DNA from: Octopus vulgaris
Lineage: Eukaryota
Direction: 5' to 3'
DNA: 64,000 nt
Assembly: GCA_951406725.2 (NCBI GenBank)
Contig: OX597817.1
Location: 20,646,001-20,710,000 of the forward strand
The position numbers were made by a program, and so were the translations under genes. The notes beneath the pieces were generated by a model that had not been told where the DNA came from, ran no database searches, and was given only the letters and a program-made list of their open reading frames with translations. Positions 15,034 to 27,800 of this stretch are shown piece by piece. Within the stretch, counting starts at the first letter, position 1. Every line of letters begins with the position of its first letter.

Positions 15034-16030
15034 TACATATACATTTGTGTGCAAAATATTTGCATCATATGATACTGCGTAGGAGTGCGTATGTGTGTAA
15101 GATCCTTTTACTCAGCCATGCAGAATATATATACGAATAAAAGTACCTCGAATTACAACAGTTCACACACATCATTCGATATCCATGTACAATACGTCAC
15201 AGTTTTTTTTTATTCTCTTCACTGTTTCATCTATTGAATACTTTTATAAATAATTAATGATGCATGAAGTATGGTTAAAATAGACGCAATCTGTGTTGTG
15301 TGTTTCAATCTCAACGTAGTACTCCATAAATGTTGAAAAGGTAAAGCGTAAACTACGAATCAGGATGTAGAAAATTTCTCTCGACTGTTTGAAGCGAGAT
15401 ATTATTGATTTATTGATTTTGTTCCTGCAAAATGGAATCTTGAAATATATCTTCGTATTTAAAACGGTCATTGGAAAAGTCATATCTACTAAAATGCAGT
15501 TTTATGCAGAAAATGAATACGAAAACCTCTTGAAACTATTGAAATTTTAGACTTTCATATTGTGATTGCTTGACGACTTGTTTACTTCGAAATTTTATAT
15601 CTGTTTATTCATAGGACCCATAAAAAATCATATAAACACAAACTCACTAAACATAAAATTAGGTACACTGTCATAAAGTAACGCATTAATAAATTATATA
15701 TATTTACGTTGATTACTTCGGTATGTTTTTTTAATGTTTTCTGTCTGTTATTTCTATGTTTTCTGACATTTTTCTCTCTAATTGACTCTTTCTCTCTCTT
15801 CCTGTTTATCCTTGACTTTCACTGCCCCGCTCTCTCTGCCTCTTTCTATCTCTCTCAATATATGCGTATGTATCTGTGTGTTTGTGTGCATCACGTGCGT
15901 GTATGTACGTTCAAGTAGGTGTATCCATATGCAGAGATTCATATGTACATTTATGTGTGTATATATATGTACATGCATAAAATATAAGTAAATATATATC
16001 TATACACATACACGCATATATATGTATATA

Positions 16031-16555
16031 CTCTTACTCTTTTACTTGTTTCAGTCATTTGACTGCGGCGATGCTGGAGCATCGCCTTTCATCGAGCAAC
16101 TCGACTCCGGGACTTATTCTTTTGTAAGCCCAGTACTTATTCTATCGGTCACTTTTGCCGAACCGCTAAGTAACGGGGACATAAAAACACCAGCATCAGT
16201 TGTCAAGCAATGCTAGGGGGACAAAAACAGACACACAAACACACACACGCGTATATATATACATATATACGACGGGCTTCTCTCAGTTTCCGTCTACCGA
16301 ATCCACTCAGAAGGCTTTGGTCGGCCCGAGGCTATAGTAGAAGACACTTGCCCAAGGTGCCACACAGTAGGACTGAACCCGGAACCATGTGGTTGGTAAA
16401 CAAGCTACTTACCACACGGTGCCACGCAGTGGGACTGAACCTGGAACCATGTGGTTGGTAAACAAGCTACTTACCACACGGTGCCACGCAGTGGGACTGA
16501 ACCTGGAACCATGTGGTTGGTAAACAAGCTACTTACCACACAGCCACTCCTGTGC
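16031..16555 (-). mobile_element. tRNA-derived SINE (family C) with triplicated head
   Basis: Head GCACAGGAGTGGCTGTGTGGTAAG (A box)..GGTTCAGTCCC (B box); CTTGGGCAAGTGTCTTCTACTATAGCCTCGGGCCGACC core; internal TA/TG tract; LINE-like stem-loop tail. Confidence 0.9.
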
Positions 16556-17307
16556 ATGTATATATATAATAAATTAATGGCATAGTATTGATAGTAAATT
16601 CGATGTTTCTGATAGGCGAACAATCAACGGACTGAGGAACATCAAGCTGTTATTGGCCCTTTACTGTTTTGTTGAGAACAGTATTTTCCCGTGGTCGTGG
16701 GAATCAACTGCACAATATTTAGGTTGGCATGGAGCATTGTTGTAGAGAGATTTTTTTATTAATGAAGTTTGCAGTTATGTTATTGTTGACAATATATCCA
16801 TGCGTGTAGCACTTTGTATAAGTTTTTAAGATTCATGCCATGGAATTAGCGGTTCACAGAAAAAGGACTCGAAGAGTAGAGGACGTTATTCGGGGGGCTG
16901 TGGATGTGTCATTGCTTTTAGTTATTATTGATTGTTTTGGATTTGATCCTTTGCTTTGTCGAAGTCCAAAATTTAATCCATCATTGAGAAATTCTGTCAG
17001 TGGGTGAGTCAGTTACTTTCTAATGAAATTTTTAGGATTTTCCCAAAAAATCTTAGTTGGTGGTATATTTTTATTTGTCAAAAGGTTTCTTTGGTTGCTG
17101 TTGATATTATTTAGGGTATTTCCTGTTAGTATTTAGAAGATGAGGGTTATTGCCTGTGCACATCATCGTGTAGTCAGTATAGAAATCTATTCATGCTGTG
17201 CTTCATAAATAGATCAATGTGAAGCTTGTTGTTCAGAATATTATTCCCTTAACGGGTTTGTTGTTCTATAAGTAATTTGATTTAGTTGTAGAAATTTTAA
17301 CATTTAT

Positions 17308-17477
17308 AGTTCTATATTTAAGAGATGGGGAATTATGTACATTATTTACATTATTTATATATGACGGATATTTGTCATATATAATACGTTTCGACTGATA
17401 TACCCTCCAGCTTTCATCAGGCGTCTTGGGGAAATTTCGAAACTGGTTCTCATTTCTAAGGTATTTTTCGATGTTAC

Positions 17478-17552
<75 letters not shown>

Positions 17553-17749
17553 GGTCACTACCTGGATTAGAACTCGAAATATTGGGGTTAGTAGCCCGCG
17601 CTCTTAACCACTACAAAAAATATCTTGGGAATGAGAACACAGGTTCGAAATTTCCCCAAGACACCTGATGAAGGCTGGATGATATATCAGCTAAAACGTT
17701 GTGTTAACAACAAATAACATGAGTACAAATATCCGTCAAATGTAAATAA
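17308..17749 (-). mobile_element. tRNA-headed, hammerhead-bearing non-autonomous retroelement with inverted 3' duplication
   Basis: 12-bp TSD TTTAACATTTAT (17296-17307, 17750-17761); tRNA-like head 17551-17614(-); (AAT)n linker; inverted arms about 17345-17468 and 17615-17749, each with CTGATGA..(G/A)AAACGT. Confidence 0.75.
17660..17705 (+). ncRNA. Minimal type I hammerhead ribozyme-like motif (decayed)
   Basis: GACAC-CTGATGA-A-GGCTG-N10-CAGCT-AAAAC-GT-T-GTGTT: stem I GACAC/GTGTT, stem II GCTG/CAGC, palindromic ACGT stem III; GAAA mutated here but intact in mirror copy 17385-17425(-). Confidence 0.6.
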
Positions 17750-18292
17750 TTTAACATTTATGTTTTATGGAGATAATATTTGTGGGTTTTGAGTCCATAA
17801 ATATTTCTTCAGTTCTGTTTCAGATTTGGTATTTTACAATGTATTAACTTTGGCTCATGGATTTATGCGAAAGTGGGGCATTAGAAATATATTGCGTCAT
17901 TACATGTTTAAAAAAAAGAATAAAATAAAATGTTATTTAAAATATTGATCCAAGTAATTAAAAGTATTAAGAAAATATAAATAAAATGAAGATAAAAAAA
18001 GGGTATTCTAACCTACTTGAATATAAAAATATATGAGTGTACGTTATTTTTTACACATATGCTAAATCTTTATCGTGGATTTTGTTTGGAGATTTGGAGT
18101 GGTGTAAGTAATTCCTAAGTGCGTGTTTAGTGCGAAGCTGTAAAACTAGTTTTTGCTTATTTGATGAGAATAATGCATGGTGAAGTTGGTACTTAAGAAA
18201 ATGTTGAGATATCATTAAGTTGTTAGATGAAATCATTGATTTGAAAAGTTTTAGTGCTTTTTTTGGGTTTTGTAATTGCATGAAGAGACTAG

Positions 18293-18888
18293 TTGATTCG
18301 ATGGTCATTCGGAATGCTCACAGCAGCCATATTCCTACCACTCTATGTCACGCTGGTGAGACCCATATTGGAGTACGGGATTCAAGCCTCTTCTCCTTAT
18401 CTCCACAAAGACATACATCATCTCGAAATAGTCCAGAAGCTGGCTACCCGCATGGTTCATGGTCTCAAAAATTTGTCCTATGAAGAAAGGATGAGGACGC
18501 TCGACCTTTATTCTCTTGAAAAACGCCGCCGCCGTGGTGATCTCATTCTCGCCCACAACATCATAAGCGGAAAGTGTAACGTCTCGAAAGAGCTGTTCTT
18601 CACTCCTGCTCCAGAGCATCGGCTGCGGGGTCATTCCGAAAAGCTCTACCTGCGACGATGTCATCTCAATCGAAGGAGTGGAGCTTTCTCCGTCCGGGTT
18701 GCGGATCCGTGGAACAAGCTGCCAGACGAGATGGTGAAGATGCCGACGACCGCTTTGTTCAAAGCCTCCCTTGACCTCAAGTGGCCTGAACTCTTTTCAT
18801 GAACACCACCATGTACTTAACTCCATGTCCCCCTACATGGGCTTGTTATTTGCTTTTGAGCCAAATTGACTAACTAACTAACTAACTA
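18293..18888 (+). mobile_element. 5'-truncated CR1-clade LINE (ORF2 C-terminus + 3' UTR)
   Basis: LYVTLVRPILEYG..SPYL.KDI..LE.VQKLATRMV.GLKNLSYEER..LDLYSLEKRRRRGDLI..RGHS.KL..FSVRVADPWNKLP; (CTAA)n tail; TSD ACTAGTT at 18288-18294 and 18885-18891. Confidence 0.92.
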
Positions 18889-19514
18889 GTTCAAAATTCA
18901 GGATTTGGTTCTTGAATCTGAGAATATGTTACTATTCTTTGGTACAATGTAAGCAGGTCTTGTTACCATCGTGTGAGAAAATTTCCCCGTTGATGTCTAA
19001 ATGGAGTATTATAATGTATATATATATACTTGAATAGTGAGGTATTATTTTTATGATTGCGTTAACATAAGTCTGCATGCTTTAGTGGATAGCTTTTAAG
19101 GATGTGGGCAGCACTTGTCAGCACAATCTTTTGGTTTTCTCTGAATCATGCTTCTTCTGGGGTGTTATCTAGATGTTTCTGACATCCCTTTTTTTTATTA
19201 TACTTAGAGCATCTACAATAACATGAACAGTTCTTACTTTAAGACGCTACATCTTTCATATCTCAGTTATTAGTATTATTTATATGACGTACTAGTAGCA
19301 AATTGCAGTTTTTTTTCTTTTTGGGGTTTGTTCTAAATATTTATTGTCATTGTTTGATGAATGTTCGGAAATCGTATCTTCTAATTTTCCAAATAAGTAT
19401 TCTATACATAAGGACATACTCAGCTCTTACTTTCATTTATGTATACACGCACACGTATACGCGCACACACACATACAAACATACACACACGCACACACAT
19501 ACACACACACAGAA

Positions 19515-19623
19515 GTATATGGCATCCAGCAACAGGACCTCTGTAATGCTATGACGGACCGTAAAGTCTGGCGTAGCGTGGTAAATTCCATTGTCTCGAC
19601 CACGGTCGAACAATGATGATGAT
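19515..19623 (+). mobile_element. RTE-like LINE 3' terminus
   Basis: GIQQQDLCNAMTDRKVWRSVVNSI resembles RTE ORF2 end (M.DR..W); hairpin TCGACC-AC-GGTCGA and (GAT)n tail. Confidence 0.65.
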
Positions 19624-21038
19624 ATGCGTGTGTTTGGATTAGATTTGACGCTTTGATTTTTTAAAAAATTCAATGCAGAAATGCCTACCCCAAAAATAAA
19701 AATGTTTTTAAAGAATCAAAATCTATCTTCCAGATTATCATTGGCAGATACTTTTGCTGAATGTAGCCTCTGGAACCTGACCAATGTGTTCCTCTCAATG
19801 TCTCTGACAAATGTTACCATATAAAATCAGGAGGTGCCTGAGATTATACAGTAAATTTCCTAATATATGATTTGTGGCATTCAGTATTCTCCATACGTAA
19901 ATCTATATATACATATGAAAATTGTTGCTATACATATGAAAATTGTTGCTATACATATAGAACATGTACATTAAAGCGACATGTACATTAAAACGTATTT
20001 CATATTAAGTTTGGATAATTTACATATCTAATATATTCGAAGTATATCTGAATTAGTAATCAGTAATTGTACTTCTGAAATCCATTAATTCTTTATCCAA
20101 TTAAGTTTATTATTTAGAAAACTATTCTCTGACATAATAGCAGGTGTTGTATTCTTGATTCAAGATACAAACCTAGTGTCAATATAGCGGTAGATGATTA
20201 TATATTCCTCTCAGGTTTTCATATCTTCCTCTCACACACTTTGCACTCCTAAAATATAGTCACCTACCAAATATAATGTTACTTAAACCTACACACCTTT
20301 AGTTCGCTTCAAACAACAACAGTGGCAGCATTTATTAGTAACCAAATGAAAGTAATTGCATGAAGATATATTTTTACAGCCCTGACTTCTTTTTGTGCGA
20401 CTCCTTTTTTATGAGCGCATTTGAGATAAATTTCAATCTCATACTATACTGGTTTCAAATAGAATACTCCACTATATTTAATTCCCCCTTTACACGATTT
20501 GAGACCGTCTCATCAGAATATTCCTACCCTTGGGAATTATGTTTTCTATCGACTTTCCATTATCCTCGAGGAAACCATACACCATGTCATGAATGATTGT
20601 TATGTGCTGAAGTATTTGGTTAAGATACTATGCAAAGAAACTGGCAGAAACTCGTTCTAGAATTTCGATATAAAGGTTGGAAATGAGTGGGTTTTTTTCT
20701 AATAGTCTGCATACCTGTTGTTTCCTGGAAACCAAACATAGTACTACCATGTTATGATGTGAGAAAACCAACTGTCACCTTAATACACACACACACAAGC
20801 ACGCACATATGCATGCACGCACACACACGCACACTTATACACACACGTACAGCACTCACAATACATACCGCTGGAATGTTTACAGTTACTCTCATTTACA
20901 TTTCTCTACCCCCATAGTAACAATACTTACAAGAAAGAAGTAGCTACAATTACTTCGATCCACATCTAAGTTCTGGGAAGATTATAATATAAAGAGACTT
21001 CGTAGTATCTATTGTTACAATGATTCAAACAATAGCTT

Positions 21039-21121
<83 letters not shown>

Positions 21122-21212
21122 TTGTATATGTGTGTATGTGTTTGTGTAGATATGTATGTATCTACATTATGTGTCTGATGTATGTGTATTTGTTCCTGTG
21201 TATGTATGTATG

Positions 21213-21252
<40 letters not shown>

Positions 21253-21813
21253 GGTGAATGCACGAGTGACAGTGTGTGTACAGATATGTTTGTCTACTTT
21301 GGCTTGCTCTGCTGAGTTTTATATGAGTATGTTTTTCTGGTATGCGTTTAAATATGATAGCATTTTCACATATAGATTTACGAAAAATCTAGAATGATAG
21401 AGAAGATACATTTTGCATTATCTTCAAACAAGTCAAATTCAAAGCGCTGCATATTTTTCACAGGGAATTTGAAACATTCCGAACGAAAAACTTTTTCTAG
21501 CTAAATCCTACTTGAGATTATTTAGTTCCACAAGAAGGATGAATAAAACATCTTGATTAACTGAAGAGTTAAGTCAATGAGAATATCACATCGTTTCTTT
21601 CCACGAAAGCAAAATGCCGTTACTACTCATGTGTAGCCTAAATGCAACAAGAACTGTGCTATTTCGATGAGCTATGGCGTATAAAATTTTCAACATCCTT
21701 TAATCTAGGGTGTTATAGTTCACTTAACTTAGCAGTGTCAAGAATTTCAAATCGGTGAATATTTATCTATTTCGTGGTGCTGCCGAAATCTACACTATGG
21801 ACAGGTGAAGCGA

Positions 21814-21879
<66 letters not shown>

Positions 21880-22025
21880 TGTATGCACATACAACTCACA
21901 GACATCCACATGTACACACACGCACAGACACTCATATCCCAAACTTACACTTAAATTTCGCATCCTTATATATTTCTCTCTCTCTCACTCCCCTCTATAG
22001 ACATACTTACATACACACATATACG

Positions 22026-22093
<68 letters not shown>

Positions 22094-22111
22094 CATCTAA
22101 CTATCTATTTA

Positions 22112-22198
<87 letters not shown>

Positions 22199-22202
<4 letters not shown>

Positions 22203-22404
22203 TAATCCAAACAAGAAAACAAAAACAAAAAAACAACAACGCAAGGACGTGGAACAAATAAAGTATTATTGGACGCTCAGGAAAGAAGGGAAGAAGGAGG
22301 GTTTGACGTTTCGAGCGGAGCTCTTCGTCGGAAAACATAGGAGAAGGAAAGATCCCGAGAAGGGAAGACAGGGGAATAAATCGCTAGTGATACAGACGAG
22401 GTCG
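22199..22404 (-). mobile_element. Short Penelope-type terminal repeat with hammerhead-like motif
   Basis: Minus strand GTTTT-CCGACGA-A-GAGC-TCC-GCTC-GAAAC-GT-C-AAAC (22301-22336); 3' end abuts (TA)n. Confidence 0.75.
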
Positions 22405-22663
22405 TGTGTGTGTGCATTACCACCCTCTCTCTCTCTCTCTCTTTATGTGTATATATATATATATAGGTACTAACACACATGCATGTATATATGAACAAAC
22501 ACACTCACATACATATGTGGGCTTGTGTGCATGATTGAATGTCTGTTTGTTCTTGCGTATAATTTTTACCTTCATGCTAGACCATCTATATAGGTGAGAA
22601 TATTTCATTTCCTTTCCATAGCTTTACCTCCGTGTTTAGTTTTGGTAAAATAAGGGAACTTAC

Positions 22664-22692
22664 TCGTGTTGCCTGCTGTGAAATTGGCTGAT
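22664..22692 (-). other. Candidate 29-nt micro-exon
   Basis: tttctcttccttataccag|ATCAGCCAATTTCACAGCAGGCAACACGA|gtaagt in non-repetitive sequence; splice signals only. Confidence 0.25.
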
Positions 22693-23469
22693 CTGGTATA
22701 AGGAAGAGAAATTTAAGCCCTGCATTTTGAATGATTCTGCAGTACAGTTCTTATCTGTTTAGGCAAACGTTTGAAAAAAGATGTCGGTTGTTTAATCGTT
22801 ACGTCTGATACTGTTTTCTATAACAGAAGTTGGCGAAATGCTGGGAACAATAAGACAAGGTAGAAAATCCTAAAATAATTTTATCATGAAGAGCATTTTA
22901 GTACAGGATTCAGTCTTTGCGACTTTTTCAACGTGGTGAAAAGCATGAAAAACAATTAAATTGTGGAAAAATTAAATGAAATGTTTTTTAAAAAAATATT
23001 TCCATAGTTTTCAAATGCAAAATACGTTTTCCTTTTTTCTGTCTTTCTCTGTCTCTATCTTTTACTCATCATGAGTGTGTTATATGTGTGTGGAGGGAGG
23101 GGTGCTTGTGTGTGTGTGTTGTCTACATTAATTTTCTGTATACACACATTCGATTCACTAAATCATCCATAATTTTTTATGATGAAAGCAAACACTCATA
23201 AAGAATTAGGTCCGGAATCTGCCGGTGTCGAGCTAGTTCTTAGTAGGGAGGCAACCTATAAAAGAATTTTCGAAAGTGTTTCGGACGATTACAGTCCCTG
23301 CCCACATATATGCATAAAATTATGTGCTTTGTCGACAGCATTAGAGCAGTTTAGCTCTTATTTCTAGCAAAGCAGGTTCTTCTGAAAGCCTAGTCACAAT
23401 TATTGACAATTATGGTTTTCCAGCTTGGTGAATAGTTGCGAACTGCTGTCTACAGTGATTACATATATA

Positions 23470-23823
23470 TAATCAGCTGACCCCGTCTGACAGTACCCGG
23501 TATGAGCCCCAATCATGCATTACGGAAAGGAGATAACCTTCAAAGAAATCAGGAGTGGAGCCCCTAGGCGGTTGAGAGTTCGACTCGACACTCTTCCGGC
23601 AGCTTCTGCAACCATGCTAATGCCAAACTTAATGCTCAACACTCCTTTGGACTACGTCAGCAAGGTCGAGAAAGGAATCCTGACGATTAGGCTACCCAGG
23701 ATTTTCTTACATCTTGCCCAGGCCTGAGCAAAACTGGAGAGGACATGTAATGTAAAAACAGACTGGATTAGTTTATGTACAACTCCATTTTCACCCGAGA
23801 CAAAAGGATGTCAACAACAACAA
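23470..23823 (+). mobile_element. Interspersed repeat, possibly RTE-related 5' UTR or non-autonomous element
   Basis: GC-richer island between TA tracts ending in (CAA)n; family assignment from recall only. Confidence 0.35.
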
Positions 23824-23827
23824 TATA

Positions 23828-23858
<31 letters not shown>

Positions 23859-23863
<5 letters not shown>

Positions 23864-25415
23864 CTTCCTTGCAACTAGCAAACTTCCAAGAAAACTAAAG
23901 GAAGGTAAAATATGGCCTATTCATAAAGGAGGTAGCAAAGCAGAGGCCAAGAACTACAGACCTATCTCTCTGAAATCACACATCAGCAAGGTCATGGAAC
24001 GAATAGTCATAAGGAAACTAATCACCTTCCTTGAAGAAAATGACTTGCTTCCTGACACCCAACATGGTTTCCGACCAGGAAGAAGCTGCTAAACTCAGCT
24101 CCTACAACACTATGACTGGGTGCTGAAACGACTGCTGAACCACTCAAATGTGGAAGTCATATATCTCGACTTTGCAAAGGCCTTTGATAAAGTCGATCAT
24201 GGAATGATATGTCACAAACTGCGTGATTTTGGCAAAGTTGGAAAATTTGGAGAATGGCTTCATGACTTTCTGAAGGATAGAAGTCAGGTGGGAGTAGCCA
24301 ATGGGGCCACTTCCATTAACATGCAAATAGTGAGCGGTGTTCCGCAAGGCACTGTTTTAGGACCACTACTACGATCACAAGGAGCCACGATCACAAGTTA
24401 TGCAGACGATACAAAAGTTTCACAGGCAATACAGAACCCTGAAGACACTAAGCACCCGCAATATGAGCTGGACAAAATATACAAGTGGGCTCAAAAGAAT
24501 AGCATGTAGTTCAATGCTGAAAAGTTTCAAGGTTTATACTATTAGCATGCAAAACTGAATGCAATACCCAATAAATGCACTGGACCTGGAGGGATTGCAA
24601 TCCCAGAGGCAAAATCAGTGCGAGACCGGGGTATTTACATGAGTAATGATGCAACCTTTCATGCGCATGTTGCTAAATTGGCAATGAAATGTAGGCGGCT
24701 GACCAGATGGATACTTAGAACCTTTAGAACAACAGACCAGGAAACCATGATGTTCCTCTGGAGTACACTTGTCCTAAGCCACTTTGACTATTGCTCTCAG
24801 CTATGGTCATCATCCAGTGTCAAGTTAATCACAGAACGTAAGGCGATCCAACGAAGCTACACGAAGAAGATAGCCTCTGTGCAGTATATAAGCTACTGGG
24901 AAAGACTCAAGAGATTAAGACTCTATTCCTTAGAGCGTAGGCGAGAAAGATATGCAATAACATACATCTAGAAGATCCTAGAGGGACGTGTCCCAAACTT
25001 TGGCATCGAGGGTTACACAAATGCTAGAACTGGGCGTCACTGCAGAATGCCAAGGACTCCAAATCTGCCATCAAGATGTATGACAAGATACTGTAATAGC
25101 CTGGGCTTCAGAGGCCTACAGCTCTTCAATATCCTCCCGAAGAACCTGAGAGACCTGCATGTGGTGGATGCAGATGTCTTTAAAATAAAACTGGATCTCT
25201 TCCTGTCAGGTGTCCCAGGTGAACCAACTTCACGGCAGGAGGTGCAGATGAGGGAAGCTGCGTCGAACTCTCTCATACACCAAATGGCAATTGCTAAAAA
25301 GCAATCGTGAAGTAAAATCATGTAGCAACACCAAATGTCGGTGCCCAAGCATGGCCACAGCTCGTGAGCTGAAACTAGATAAAATAAAATAAAAAATAAA
25401 ATAAAATAAATAAAT
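23859..25415 (+). mobile_element. 5'-truncated CR1-clade LINE with disrupted reverse transcriptase
   Basis: PIHKGG..NYRPISL..KVMERI..QHGFRPGRSC, YLDFAKAFDKVDH, SGVPQGTVLGPLL, YADDTK, SYWERLKRLRLYSLERRRER; stops, frameshifts and a deletion; stem-loop plus (TAAAA)n tail. Confidence 0.95.
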
Positions 25416-25421
25416 AAGATA

Positions 25422-25481
<60 letters not shown>

Positions 25482-26746
25482 CACGATATAAATGAGTGTC
25501 TGTATGGTTAAGCATGTGTGCTTAACTCCAAAAGTCTCTAAAGCTCTGTGATCTCGAGAAAGACGAATTTGATTTTCGATATCTGCGTCTCAAATTATTA
25601 TTACGTGTCTGCACGTAATAATAAGAAATATAATTTGCTACGAAAAATAACTTTTAGATCTTCAAACCTTCCATTGCTCTGTCACAATACAGCTATCTCT
25701 CTATATAGTTATCATTCACTTTATTACACTGTCTTTGTATGTGTATTATCTCACACGTACTGTTCTACCTCTGTCTTATTTTTAACGATTCGGCCATTTT
25801 GTTTAATAATCTGTCTAGCAATGTTTACTTACATTTTATGATACACAACTATTATGCAGAAAATCCTGTTTTCTGACTGGATAAAAATGATCAAACTTTA
25901 AACCTCTGTAACATTACTCTAAAATATTTCTGGAATAAAACACAATAACAAATTCAGCGTAAAATGGTACATCAACATACCGAATTTTAAAATTTTCACT
26001 TAATTTTCAAATTTCAAAATATGCGGCAGCAAGAGAAAATATCTACCCCCTCTCCTTCTTTCTATTTGCTTATCTCTTTCCTTATTCACTTCTCTCAGTG
26101 TATCTCCCAATCTATTTACCACACTTTCACTCTCTGCATAAGTATATCACTGACACTGAGTGTGTGAGTGCTTGTGAGCGTGTGAGTATGTGCCTGTGTG
26201 TAAGGGATGTTATTATGGATACAGAGTGATTTATGAAAGCTATATAAAATATAATTTATGTTGATAGCAAACTTTCTGTATGAAAATGATTTCTCTTACT
26301 CACGCACACTGATTATTTGGTGCAGATCTGTGTTGAAGTTTGAGGTTAGAATATATTTTAGAATTACTTTTTGCTCATATTGTTGAAATCCCAGCAATGA
26401 ACTACTCTTAGATGAAGCAAAATCGTTATTTCCGCATCATCATTCTTTAAGGTGTTCATGGAGGCCTAAATTTTGAAAGAAAAAAAAAAGAAACATCAAT
26501 AATTGTCAGACTGACAAAGAATCACAGAAAGAGCAAGGTAGTAGTAGGGTGCACTAGAGACAATAGTCGTGCATATAAAGAAGCAGAATGGACAAAATCG
26601 GTCCGGAATTGGGAAAGGCAGATTCAGCAAATTTAAATCATTTCTTCCCTTCATCTAGAAAAGTATGAGGAAATGAAAGTTTGGAAAAGTACCCTGCTAC
26701 CAATGGGCAATCATTTAATATATATATATATATATGCATGATGTAA

Positions 26747-26795
<49 letters not shown>

Positions 26796-27275
26796 ATGTA
26801 TGTATACTTACATATATATATATATGTTTATGTATGTACGTACGTATGTATGTATACATTTCGCCCGGCGTGCTAACGCTTCTGCAAGTTGCCGCGTTAG
26901 GAATCAAGTATGTTGTTATGCTGGCATCAGTGACGCTCTGCGAACGCAAATTTTGATCGTATCCTCGATGAGTACGTTTCAGAATTAGAGTTTAGCATCT
27001 ACATGACTCCAATATCAAGCTGACTGTAAAATGAAATATGGAAACGGTTATTATAAAGAAAGTATGACTATATACATTTTATGAGAATACCACGAAGAAT
27101 TTAATGATGAATATTATCGTTCTTGCTAAAATTACTTTGTGTGTATTTATACATAAATTCTTCAAAAGTCCCACACATTTCGTATTGTATATATATAATA
27201 CTGTTATTCGGTTTCACATTTCCATCCCAAAAGTGGGGATGAGCAATAATTTTATGGAAGGAATCAAGTATATTG

Positions 27276-27475
27276 TTTCTAATCTAGGCAAATTTTGGGG
27301 AGAGAACCAGTCGATTAGGTTGACCCCAGTAAGCAAGTTGTACTTAAATTTTCGATCCCGAAAAGTTGAAAGGAATAGGCGACCTCGGAATTTGAACTGA
27401 GAACATAAAGACAGATGAAATACCGCTAAACATTTCGCCCGGCGTGCTAACCTTTCTGCCAGCTCGCCGCCTTAG
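27276..27475 (-). mobile_element. SINE family A copy
   Basis: TCGATCCCGAAAAGTTGAAAGG..CGACCTCGGAATTTGAACT..CATTTCGCCCGGCGTGCTAACCTTTCTGCCAGCTCGCCGCCTTA. Confidence 0.8.
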
Positions 27476-27728
27476 GATTCAAGTATGTTGCTATGATTGT
27501 ACCAATGACGCTCTACATATTATGATCGTCTCATCGATGAGGACTAATTCAAACCGCAGAACGTCCAATGAGTGTGTATCGAACATGGAGTCAACGTGGA
27601 CGTTAGAGAATTAGAGTTTAGCAACTACATCACCCCAATATCAAGCTGACTCTAATATGAAATACTGAAATTGCTATTATATAGAATGTATGAATATATA
27701 CATTATAGATTATACATACATACACATA

Positions 27729-27800
<72 letters not shown>

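Noticed and set aside
16356-16541. Regular direct repeats resembling a CRISPR array
   Set aside because: No unique spacers; it is a tandem triplication of a SINE head in eukaryotic DNA with no cas genes
16570-19200. Strand-skewed host sequence around the 17308 and 18293 insertions as an ancient LINE
   Set aside because: Composition is suggestive, but I found no convincing protein motif
19910-19958. 21-bp tandem duplication; similar ~39-bp duplication near 43432-43500
   Set aside because: Ordinary slippage duplications without further structure
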